From NCBI GenBank assembly GCA_039931615.1, contig JBDTRR010000001.1, positions 202,593 to 266,592 on the forward strand: a stretch of 64,000 bases of DNA. The letters are read 5' to 3'. Positions 46,394 through 54,611 of the stretch are shown piece after piece (position 1 is the first letter of the stretch; each line of letters opens with the position of its first letter). The stretch is from Acidobacteriota bacterium (GTDB lineage: Bacteria; Acidobacteriota; Vicinamibacteria; Vicinamibacterales; CAVVIG01). The notes beneath the pieces are model-generated. The model was not told where the DNA came from. It ran no database searches and saw only the letters and a program-made list of their open reading frames with translations. The translations under genes were made by a program, and so were the position numbers.

Positions 46394-47554
46394 TCACGTT
46401 GGACTGGTGCTGTGGAGAAAGTTCGCGAAATGAGCCCTGCTGACCTGCGCGGCGGCCGCCGCCCCGACTCGTCTCAGCGCCTCGATGTGGTCGACTGAAT
46501 CCATCTGCTGCACGTCATCGGGACGGATGTCGTCGAGCCCCAGGGCGGTGAGACCGGCCCTGGAGAGATCGACGTTGTATCGCATGTACGTGAACAGTTT
46601 CGGCTCGACCGGCCCGGGCACGCGGCCTTCGGGCAGTGGATCGATGACGCCGATCAGATCCCCGACCTCGCGATCGAGCGTCGCGCCGCAGCGCGTCCGG
46701 CCGAACGCGCGGCAGAGGAAGTCCTGCTCGTTCGAGGCCGCAAACATCAAAGCGGACGGAATAGAGGTGGCGTTGTAGACGAGATTCATCTGCCCGGGCA
46801 TGAGGTTCGCGTTGGCGTCCGCCGCCGCGCCCGTGCCCACCGAGACGAGCAGCATCGTCTGCTCGCCAACGGGCCAGCACAGCTGGTAGGGCGCCATCGT
46901 CGCCATGAGGAATAGCTGAAACGCCGGGTTGTTGTACATCGTGACGCCACCGTCGACGAAGATGAAGCGGTCCTTCCCGACCTGAACCGTCTCTGGGGGG
47001 AAGTAGGTGGGAGCGGCCGTGCTCGCCCGTACCAGCTGCCAGAGTGGCAGATCGAGATTGCAGTTCGAGCGCGAGCGGGCGTTGTACTTCGCCCTCGGAT
47101 TGTTGGAAATCGGCCACGGCGAGTCGGTCGTGGCGTTCCGCATGACGAGGAGCAGCAGCGTCTTCAACTGCGCGTCTCCGAGCGTCGAATGGCGGCCGAG
47201 TTCAGCCTGAAGCAGCGCCGCCAGATTCGCATCGCCGAACTTGTAGCGAAAACGCTCGAGGAGGCTGGCGCGATCGAACATTTCCCGGCCGCTCTTCAGG
47301 TAAAAGTCGCGGATCTGCCGGATCGGCCAGCCGAGCGCCAGGCACGTGGCGATGATCGCGCCCGTGCTGGTGCCCGCGACGTAATCGAAATAGTCGGCCA
47401 GCACGAAATCATCGTCGCGTTCGAGCTCACGGCGGAGCGTGTCTTCCATCCTGGCCAGGATTTCGAGGGTAATCAGCCCGCGAATTCCGCCGCCGTCGAG
47501 GGCGAGCAGTTTGTACGGTGGTGCTTTGGTCAGCTTGTCGAGTACGGTCGTCAT
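46394..47554 (-). CDS. patatin-like phospholipase, catalytic motifs intact
   Basis: LALDGGGIRG (oxyanion hole), GTSTGA (GxSxG nucleophile) and FVDGGV (catalytic Asp). No signal peptide. Confidence 0.9.
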   Translation of the reverse strand: MTTVLDKLTKAPPYKLLALDGGGIRGLITLEILARMEDTLRRELERDDDFVLADYFDYVAGTSTGAIIATCLALGWPIRQIRDFYLKSGREMFDRASLLERFRYKFGDANLAALLQAELGRHSTLGDAQLKTLLLLVMRNATTDSPWPISNNPRAKYNARSRSNCNLDLPLWQLVRASTAAPTYFPPETVQVGKDRFIFVDGGVTMYNNPAFQLFLMATMAPYQLCWPVGEQTMLLVSVGTGAAADANANLMPGQMNLVYNATSIPSALMFAASNEQDFLCRAFGRTRCGATLDREVGDLIGVIDPLPEGRVPGPVEPKLFTYMRYNVDLSRAGLTALGLDDIRPDDVQQMDSVDHIEALRRVGAAAAAQVSRAHFANFLHSTSPT

Positions 47555-47571
47555 CCCAGCACCGAGAGCAT

Positions 47572-48129
47572 CTACTGATGATCTGACGGACTGGCGGTGT
47601 CGATTTCACGAACCGGCCAGCCGCGCGCGCGCGCGTCACTGAGGAACGCCCCGGTCACGTCGCCCGTGCCGCGCGTGGCTCCATTCCAGAGGACCAATGC
47701 CGCATACCTCGCCGCCGATCCCTGGGACACAGCTTCGGCCTCGTCAAAAATCTTGCCGTTTGTCGTCAAGTACGTCTCGGCATCGTCGGCATCCAGACTC
47801 AGTTCCACGAGGTCGCCGGCAGCCGCGACGGTCTTCACGATGGCATCGAAGGCCGATCCCCAGTCGCCGGGGCGGTCGGTCACCGACGTGGCGCGAAACC
47901 GGGCGCGCTCGAAGGGGAGAATGATCCGCCGTCTGATGCGCAGCGCTGCGGCGGCTTCGAGCACGAGGAGGTCCGATCCGCAGGCGGCGGATCCGACGAC
48001 GGCAGTCGGACCGAGCTCGCGCAGAATTCGTTCGATTTCGTGACGCACGCGCGGAACGGCGGCGGGAGGGAACCTCGTCGATTTAGCGTCAGCGGCGTCG
48101 ACTCGCCGCCCTGCATACACCACAATCAT
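47572..48129 (-). CDS. small Rossmann-like protein with a SLOG/DUF2493-like motif pattern, cotranscribed with the patatin gene
   Basis: MIVVYAGRR...AVVGSAACGSDLLVLEAAAAL..RRRIILPF...AALVLWNGATRGTGDVTGAFLSDARARGWPVREI. This gives a beta1-G-R / G-x-A-x-G-x-D / W-x-G-x-x-x-G-T layout. It ends 17 nt before the patatin ATG. Family assignment is motif-level only. Confidence 0.45.
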   Translation of the reverse strand: MIVVYAGRRVDAADAKSTRFPPAAVPRVRHEIERILRELGPTAVVGSAACGSDLLVLEAAAALRIRRRIILPFERARFRATSVTDRPGDWGSAFDAIVKTVAAAGDLVELSLDADDAETYLTTNGKIFDEAEAVSQGSAARYAALVLWNGATRGTGDVTGAFLSDARARGWPVREIDTASPSDHQ

Positions 48130-48321
48130 GAGCGGCCTCGTGTGCCGAACGGTGTGAAGCCGCAGATGGTAGCAGAAGAGAGCACTGAGAACTTCCCGGC
48201 TGAAGTTGGACACGAAATGTCGATCGCTCCTAGACACAGAGAACTTCTTGATGTAAAGTAGGCGCCTCGATCGCAGGCAGCGGCGGCCGCGTTTTCACGC
48301 CGGTTTGGGGAGTGGCAGCAC

Positions 48322-49353
48322 ATGACATCATCTGTGACGAACCCCGGGAAGGTATTCGCCCGCGTCGCGCTGGCCCTGGCCGTGGCGGCGACGGGCATTT
48401 ACGTCGCGAGCTCAGACCCGCCGGGCGGGGCCGTCGTCGGATTCCTGCTCATGCTTGCCGTGGTCCTCTTCGGCGTGAGGACCGCGCGACGCCGGCTGCC
48501 GACCTGGGCCGGGCGCGCCGCGGTCGCGGTCGGCGCTCTCATTGCCGCGGTGGCGGCATTTCTCATTCATTCGATCAAGATCGAGGCGCCTCTCTTCGCG
48601 CAGGCGCCGGGCGTGCCGTCGGTCAGCGCGTCGCCACCCTCGCCACAACTGGCGGCAGCCGTCGATCGCGCGCGGCCGATGGTGCGCGCGGCCATCGTGG
48701 AGCAGAACCTGCCGGGAGTCTCGATCGCAGTCGGCATCGGCGTCAGCCCCGGGAATATACTCTGGGCCGAAGGGTTCGGATGGAGGGACGTCGTCACGCA
48801 GACGCCCGTCACACCCGAGACTCGATTCAACATCGGGACGGCGGCACAGGTGGTCCCCCCCGCCGCGGTCGTGTCCCTCGGCCTGACCCATACCGGTACG
48901 GATTCGGCGGCCGAGTGGAGCCCGGATCATGTCGGGGAGCCGGAAGAGGACTTCCCAGGCTTCACGGCCGTCCACGACCTCATCCTCAGGCCGATTGGGC
49001 TCAGCGCCCCCCGACAGCCGTTGCCGGGCGATCGCGCGACGTTCTACGTGCCGGCCACATTCTGGCGGGGCTTCACCACAGATCCCCGCCGCGGACGACG
49101 ACTGATGTATATGCGCGACCTGGCGTGCTGTGCGGGGAGAATGGCGTTCTATTCAACGCCGTCCGATCTCGTCCGCTTTGCCCTGGCGACAAATGCGGAC
49201 AGCGCCAACGGCGAGCTCGCAGGCGGAAGCGTGCTGTCGCTGATGAGGCGCCGCGACAACGGGATCGTCGTTGCCGTGGCGTCGAACATCGCGCACGCCA
49301 ACACGGCCGCTCTCGCGCAACAAGTGGCTGGCACCTTCGCCGCACAGAAATAG
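48322..49353 (+). CDS. membrane-anchored beta-lactamase-fold (serine hydrolase family) protein with a degenerate active site
   Basis: Two or three N-terminal TM helices. The domain has LPGVSIAVGIG...ILWAEGFGWRD...TPETRFNIGTAAQV, where SxxK is replaced by T-A-A-Q. Confidence 0.55.
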   Translation: MTSSVTNPGKVFARVALALAVAATGIYVASSDPPGGAVVGFLLMLAVVLFGVRTARRRLPTWAGRAAVAVGALIAAVAAFLIHSIKIEAPLFAQAPGVPSVSASPPSPQLAAAVDRARPMVRAAIVEQNLPGVSIAVGIGVSPGNILWAEGFGWRDVVTQTPVTPETRFNIGTAAQVVPPAAVVSLGLTHTGTDSAAEWSPDHVGEPEEDFPGFTAVHDLILRPIGLSAPRQPLPGDRATFYVPATFWRGFTTDPRRGRRLMYMRDLACCAGRMAFYSTPSDLVRFALATNADSANGELAGGSVLSLMRRRDNGIVVAVASNIAHANTAALAQQVAGTFAAQK

Positions 49354-49503
49354 ACCGCCGCGCCAAAGTGGCCACTCTGGCCCGCGCGGCTGCGGAGAAG
49401 TCCCGGCTTCTCGATCGCCGCGATTCTCACCCTGGCGATGGGGATTGGTGCCAACACCGCGATTTTCAGCGTCATCAGCGGCGTCCTGTTCATTGCCCGC
49501 TGA
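49354..49503 (+). pseudogene. ADOP-type (MacB/FtsX-like duplicated) ABC permease, N-terminal about 45-aa remnant
   Basis: ...[39 protein letters not shown] matches the conserved first TM segment of the acidobacterial duplicated orphan permease family. It is cut off just before the vapBC pair. Confidence 0.6.
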
Positions 49504-49519
49504 GAACTGCGGCATGCGC

Positions 49520-49987
49520 TCACGGCAGTCGTCCGGCGGGCCAGGGCTTGACGTAGTCGAACGGTAAAAAGCGACGGATGCGCTGAAAGTTCCGATCGTT
49601 CTCGGTGACGAGCACGCAACCGGCCTCACGACACGACAGCGCCAACAGGACATCGTTTGCGAATGACTTCGACACGCGGCCGACCTCGAGCCCGTCCCTT
49701 CGTGCCATGTCCGAAAGCAGATCGCCAGACTGGTGCCAGGCAGCGGCGGAGGGCGCAAGAGTGCGCCCGGATCGCTCGAACACACTCAGGACGTGGCGTT
49801 CGAGCGCCTTCCGGTCCCGTTCCCGCGTCACACCGGCTCGCAACTCCTGGGCGACGACGGCACTGAGGTATTCGAACGGTGCCAACGCCTGGTGAAATCT
49901 CTGCAGGGCCTGGTTGGCCGTCGGGTGGCGAAACGCGTCGATGAAGAGCTGCGTGTCCAGGACGTACTTGGGCGTCGTCCGGGTCAC
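49520..49987 (-). CDS. vapC: PIN-domain toxin VapC
   Basis: (V)TRTTPKYVLDTQLFIDAF...VVAQELRAG...NDVLLALSCREAGCVLVTENDRNFQRI has PIN acidic residues. The GTG start overlaps the antitoxin stop (GTGA). Confidence 0.8.
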   Translation of the reverse strand: MTRTTPKYVLDTQLFIDAFRHPTANQALQRFHQALAPFEYLSAVVAQELRAGVTRERDRKALERHVLSVFERSGRTLAPSAAAWHQSGDLLSDMARRDGLEVGRVSKSFANDVLLALSCREAGCVLVTENDRNFQRIRRFLPFDYVKPWPAGRLP

Positions 49988-50214
49988 GGCTCGAGGTCTG
50001 GAGACGCGATCTCGACATCGAGCATGGACCGTGTACCGTCGACGAGCTGGCGCTGAAACACGGCGAGGTCGAGCGCTCGCTCGATGGCCTCGGTTGCCGT
50101 CGCCGCGCCAAGCGCCCGCTGGGCCGCCTTCAACTTCGACAACGGCAGCCGGTAGGTGCGGGACACCCGCTCCTCGCGGCGCACTGCCCGCTTCCGCCCG
50201 GTCGGGTTCGGCAT
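49984..50214 (-). CDS. vapB: VapB-family antitoxin
   Basis: 76 aa. ...YRLPLSKLKAAQRALGAATATEAIERALDLAV resembles the VapB antitoxin family. Coupled to the PIN gene. Confidence 0.7.
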   Translation of the reverse strand: MPNPTGRKRAVRREERVSRTYRLPLSKLKAAQRALGAATATEAIERALDLAVFQRQLVDGTRSMLDVEIASPDLEP

Positions 50215-50594
50215 CAGGGGCAGTGTATTGACATCTTTGTTCGTGTGTCAATACGCCAATGACGAGGAGGGATCGACGATCCGCACACTCTCGCCGGCCT
50301 TCGCGTTCTTGATCGGTCCGACAGTTGGATTGGCGCTCGCCGCGCTGCAATGGTCACGTCGACTGGGTGCCGCTTTCCTGCGCTGGCCGCCGCACCGAAG
50401 TGCGTTGGCAACGTAGCGACGTTCGCCTCATCGATCGCGGGCGCACCATAGAACGGCTCCCTCGAGATGCACGGTTTGCCCGCTGCTCGTCTTCCAGCCC
50501 GGCTCGAAAATCCGCCGTTCCTCGTTGAACTTCCACATGTGTTGTCTTCCTGCGCTATATTTCATGCCATACATCGTCAGGATGCACAGATTAC

Positions 50595-51467
50595 ATGACC
50601 GTATTTTGTCGGCGAGCGTGGAACGGCCCGCGCCGGCTCGCGCTCCTGCTCGCGTTCTCGCTTTCAGCCGCCGCGTGTGCGGACCAGTCAGCCGTCGCGA
50701 CACTGCGCATCGCCACCACGACGAGCGTCGACAACTCCGGGCTGTTGGCGGCGATTCTGCCGGCGTTCGAGCGCCGGGCTCATCTCAAGGTCGAGGTCCT
50801 GGCGGTGGGCAGCGGACAGGCGTTCGGCCTGCTCGAACGCGGCGATGTCGTGGCCGGCCTGACGCATGATCCGCAGGCGGAAGCGGCGGCGCTCGCGGCC
50901 GGACTCATCACGGGCTATCGCAAGATCATGTTCAACGACTTCATCATCGTCGGGCCACCCGAAGACGTGGCCGGCGTCGCCGCTGCGGCCAACGCCGTGG
51001 ACGCGATGCAGCGCATCGCATCGGCCGGGGCGGCGTTCGCCTCACGCGGCGATCGGTCCGGCACGCACTCGAGGGAGCAGGAACTGTGGGCGCTCGCGAG
51101 GCAACGGCCCGTCCGCGAGTTGTTGATTGAGACGGGCCAGGGCATGTCGGCAACTCTACGGGTGGCCAGCGAAAAGCGCGCCTACACGTTGACCGATCGG
51201 GCCACCTTCGAGCAGATCCGGTCCGGCCTGCGGTTGGCCGCCTTGTGCGAAGATGGATCCGCCCTGCTGAATTCCTATGCCGTCTTCCTGCGGGCCCGCT
51301 TGACCGCGACCGAGCGCGCCGCGGCGACGACGCTCGCAGACTGGTTGGCGGACGGCGAGGGCCGTCAGCTCGTGGCCGGCTTTCTGACCAACGGGCAAAC
51401 GATGTTCACGGTCTGGCCCGCCGGGATGGCGCGCACCCGACCAACCGATCGGCCGGATGCTCGCTGA
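50595..51467 (+). CDS. tupA: tungstate/oxyanion ABC transporter substrate-binding lipoprotein (TupA-like)
   Basis: Lipobox LSAAAC. IATTTSVDNSGLL...VGSGQAFGLLERGDV...THDP..E...NDFIIVGPPED...FASRGDRSGTH..E matches TupA-type PBPs. Confidence 0.7.
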   Translation: MTVFCRRAWNGPRRLALLLAFSLSAAACADQSAVATLRIATTTSVDNSGLLAAILPAFERRAHLKVEVLAVGSGQAFGLLERGDVVAGLTHDPQAEAAALAAGLITGYRKIMFNDFIIVGPPEDVAGVAAAANAVDAMQRIASAGAAFASRGDRSGTHSREQELWALARQRPVRELLIETGQGMSATLRVASEKRAYTLTDRATFEQIRSGLRLAALCEDGSALLNSYAVFLRARLTATERAAATTLADWLADGEGRQLVAGFLTNGQTMFTVWPAGMARTRPTDRPDAR

Positions 51468-52137
51468 GGTCGGACGGGCGCTGGCGCTGATCCTCGGCGG
51501 CGATGTCGAGGTCTGGCAGATTGCCGGGGTCTCGCTCACCGTCTCCCTCACCGCCGTGTTCGGAGCGGTCGCAGCCGGTTTGCCGATGGCCTACCTCCTG
51601 GCGTCGTCCGGCGCGCGTCGTGCGAGAGTGGGCCTGTGGATCGCGCATGGCCTGGCGGCGCTGCCGACCGTCGTCATCGGGCTCACGCTCTACCTGCTGC
51701 TGTCGGCGACCGGTCCGCTCGGCTGGGCCCGGCTCCTCTACACGCGCACGGCGATGGCGGCCGCTCAGTTCGTGCTCGCGCTCCCACTGGTGGTCGCGGT
51801 GGTGCTCGGCGCGCTCCGCCGGCTGCCTCCGTCGGCGCACGAAGTGCTGGTGACTCACGGCGTCACACGGGCGCGACAAATGGGTTGGCTGCTGTGGGAG
51901 GTCAAGTCCGCCGTGGTATCAGGCACGTTCCTGGCCTTTTCCCGCGCCTTCACGGAACTCGGCGCGGCCTTGATTGTCGGCGGCAACATTCGGGGCGCCA
52001 CCAGGACACTGACGACCTATATCGCCCTCGAGTACGACCGCGGCGATGATGCACGCGCGATTGCGCTGGGACTGATCCTGCTGGCAGTCGCCCTGCTGAC
52101 GAACTCCGTCATGCATGTCATTGTCGGCGAGCGATGA
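51457..52137 (+). CDS. tupB: ABC transporter permease (TupB-like)
   Basis: Six hydrophobic segments. An EAA-like loop region (FSRAFTELGAALIVGGNIRG). Overlaps both neighbours. Confidence 0.7.
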   Translation: MLAEVGRALALILGGDVEVWQIAGVSLTVSLTAVFGAVAAGLPMAYLLASSGARRARVGLWIAHGLAALPTVVIGLTLYLLLSATGPLGWARLLYTRTAMAAAQFVLALPLVVAVVLGALRRLPPSAHEVLVTHGVTRARQMGWLLWEVKSAVVSGTFLAFSRAFTELGAALIVGGNIRGATRTLTTYIALEYDRGDDARAIALGLILLAVALLTNSVMHVIVGER

Positions 52138-52811
52138 CCAACCAGCTGGGTCCGATCGTGCGCACGCGGCACCTGAAGGTCGGGTACGCGGGAAAAGCCG
52201 TCGCCACGATCGCCGATCTCGATCTGGTCGGCGGTGTGGTCTGGCACGTGACCGGGCCCAACGGCTCGGGAAAGACCGCGCTCCTGAAGACCCTCGCCGG
52301 TTTGCTGCGCCCCGTTGCCGGCACGGTCGATCGGCGATGTGGAATCGGGACCGGGGAAGCAATTTACGTCCATTCCGTCCCGTATGTCTTTGCGGGCAGC
52401 GTCAGGCGCAATCTGACGCTCACTCATCCCAGCGCTGACGAGGTGCTGGCCGTCGCCGCAGCGTTCGGGCTGTCTACGCTCCTCGGGCGCGAGGCCACGA
52501 CGCTCTCGTACGGTGAGCAGAGGCGGCTGGCGCTCGCGCGCGCGGTCGTGCGACACCCGGCTCTGCTTCTGGTCGACGAACCCGAGGGCGGCCTCGACGA
52601 TGAGGCGATGTCAGCCTGGCGAGCCTGCGCGGTTCGCGCCGTCGACGCGCGCCAACCCGTGCTGGTGGTAGCGGCTCATCGTCCGCTGGCCTTCGCGGCG
52701 GTCCTCGTGAGGCCGATCGACTTGTCGCAACCAGCACGAGACTCGACGGCCAAGTCCACGACAGACGCCGATCGCACTTCACGCCCGCCGCGAGCTGTGC
52801 TCCGCCACTGA
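52134..52811 (+). CDS. ABC transporter ATP-binding protein (TupC-like)
   Basis: Walker A GPNGSGKT, signature LSYGEQRR, Walker B LLLVDEPEGGLD. Confidence 0.8.
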   Translation: MTNQLGPIVRTRHLKVGYAGKAVATIADLDLVGGVVWHVTGPNGSGKTALLKTLAGLLRPVAGTVDRRCGIGTGEAIYVHSVPYVFAGSVRRNLTLTHPSADEVLAVAAAFGLSTLLGREATTLSYGEQRRLALARAVVRHPALLLVDEPEGGLDDEAMSAWRACAVRAVDARQPVLVVAAHRPLAFAAVLVRPIDLSQPARDSTAKSTTDADRTSRPPRAVLRH

Positions 52812-52830
52812 TCGCGAACGCTCGACAGCT

Positions 52831-54279
52831 TCAGCCGTGGGCGTGCCCGCTCACCTCGGCGCCCGCCTTCTGATCCAGGCTGAGGCAGTCGGCGACAGCA
52901 AGCACGGCGATGATCGACACCACGCCGAAAGCCAGGTGAAAGTCGGCGATCGTCGGCGCTGACGATTGCCCTCCGTGCAGCCACGCGGCGAGCCGCAGGG
53001 CCACTGCTCCGACCGCGACGCCCATGCCCATGCTCATCTGGGTCATGACCGTGAAGAAGCTGTTCGCGGAGCTCATCTGCGACTGGGGAATGTCGACGAA
53101 CGCCAGGGTGCTGATACTCGTGAACTGCATCGACCGGGACAAGCCGTGGGCGAAGAGAAGGACGATCATGAGCGCCTTCGGCGTGTTCGAGGTCAGCAAG
53201 CCGAAGGACCCGATGAGCGCCGCGGTGATCAGCCCGTTGACGATCAACACGCGCCGGAAGCCAAAGCCTCGCAGAATGGGTGTGGTCGCCGGCTTCATGA
53301 ACAGGTTGCCGGCAAACATTGCCAGCACCAGCAGCCCTGAGTGAAAGGCGCTCAGGCCGAACGCGATCTGAAACATGAGCGGGAGGAGAAACGGCGACAC
53401 GCTGATCGCCAGCCGGAACAGCGAGCCGCCCCAGATGACGATGGCGAACGTTCGCTGTTTGAGCACGTCGAACTGGATCAGCGGATGAGTCGTGCGGCGC
53501 ATGTGCCACACGCCGGCCCACCCGGCGACAACCCCGTATCCGAAGAACATTCCGGCCGTCACCCAGCGGACGTTCTGCTGCCCGAGCAGCTCCAGCGAGT
53601 ACATGATCGACGTACACGCCGATCCGGCCAGCGCAAATCCCAACCAATCGAACCGCCGCGGGTGCCCGGGCGCATTCCTGATCCAGAGCATTGCCAGGGC
53701 GATGCCGATGATGCCGAGCGGCACGTTCAAATAGAAAATCCAGCGCCACGAGGAATAGGTGGTGATGAAGCCCCCGACCGGCGGACCGATGACCGGCGCG
53801 GCGAGTCCGGGCCACGTGATGTAGGCGATCGAGCGCACCAGGTCCTTCTTCTCAGTAGTACGCAGCACGACCAGCCGGCCGACCGGCACCATCAGCGCAC
53901 CGCCCATGCCTTGCAGGATTCTGGCCGCGGTGAACTCCCAGAGACCATTGGCCATGCCGCAGAGAATCGAGGCCAGCGTGAACAGGCCAATCGCCGACGC
54001 AAAGACCGTTCTGGCGCCCAGTCGATCTGCGATCCAGCCGCTCACCGGGATGAACACGGCCAGCGTCAGCATGTACGCGGTCATCCCCATGTTCAGATCG
54101 ACAGGGCTGGCGCCAAATGACTGGGCCATCTGAGGCAGGGCGGTGGCAATCACCGTCCCGTCCAGGTTCTCCATGAAGAAGGCGCCGGCAACGAGCAGTG
54201 CCACGAGCGTGGCTTGCTGAAACCGTCGCGGAGTGCCCGGGCCCGCCTCAATCGACATCGCCATGCTTGAAGCGGCCAT
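52831..54279 (-). CDS. MFS transporter, DHA2 (14-TMS drug:H+ antiporter) type
   Basis: Hydrophobic profile, with GWIADRLGAR (motif A) and LGPPVGGFI-type motifs. Confidence 0.85.
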   Translation of the reverse strand: MAASSMAMSIEAGPGTPRRFQQATLVALLVAGAFFMENLDGTVIATALPQMAQSFGASPVDLNMGMTAYMLTLAVFIPVSGWIADRLGARTVFASAIGLFTLASILCGMANGLWEFTAARILQGMGGALMVPVGRLVVLRTTEKKDLVRSIAYITWPGLAAPVIGPPVGGFITTYSSWRWIFYLNVPLGIIGIALAMLWIRNAPGHPRRFDWLGFALAGSACTSIMYSLELLGQQNVRWVTAGMFFGYGVVAGWAGVWHMRRTTHPLIQFDVLKQRTFAIVIWGGSLFRLAISVSPFLLPLMFQIAFGLSAFHSGLLVLAMFAGNLFMKPATTPILRGFGFRRVLIVNGLITAALIGSFGLLTSNTPKALMIVLLFAHGLSRSMQFTSISTLAFVDIPQSQMSSANSFFTVMTQMSMGMGVAVGAVALRLAAWLHGGQSSAPTIADFHLAFGVVSIIAVLAVADCLSLDQKAGAEVSGHAHG

Positions 54280-54373
54280 TGTAACAAGCGCGTGATTTCC
54301 GTCCCGGCGGCACGGTCACTCGCAGCGGTCGACTGGCGGTCGGTCAACCCATATTCCTCCAGGCGGCGTCGGA

Positions 54374-54589
54374 TCACCGCTTCCCGTACTCCGTGAACAC
54401 GTCATCCCTGGTCTTTGCAGCCGTGTGGCACGCGAACCCGCATTTGGCGTCGTTCCGTTGCGGCGGTGTGCCCGCCGCCGTGCCGGGCGTGAAGGTATCG
54501 GACGCGGGGTTGTAGTCGAAGACCGCATATCCCCACCCGCCGCTGTCGGCGAAGCGCCGGCTGTCCTTCACCATGAAGTCCAGGTTCAC
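54374..54589 (-). pseudogene. cytochrome P460 family, C-terminal fragment
   Basis: ...MVKDSRRFADSGGWGYAVFDYN...AKCGFACHTAAKTRDDVFTEYGKR is the C-terminal heme-binding (CxxCH) end of P460-type proteins. About 100 N-terminal residues are missing. Confidence 0.6.
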
Positions 54590-54611
54590 GAGCTCACCCG
54601 GGACTGTCGCC

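Noticed and set aside
44806-48237. CBASS or Thoeris assignment for the patatin cassette.
   Set aside because: No CD-NTase/SMODS cyclase, TIR, or E1/E2/JAB-like gene was seen in the flanking ORFs. The neighbours are an SDR and a beta-lactamase-fold protein, so the cassette is reported only as an unclassified SLOG-like plus patatin pair.
50428-50568. A small minus-strand ORF (MYGMKYSAGRQHMWKFNEERRIFEPGWKTSSGQTVHLEG...) in the lower-GC intergenic region upstream of the tup-like operon.
   Set aside because: It has mixed codon bias, no recognisable family and no clear ribosome-binding site. The region more likely holds the divergent promoter and possibly a decayed gene.
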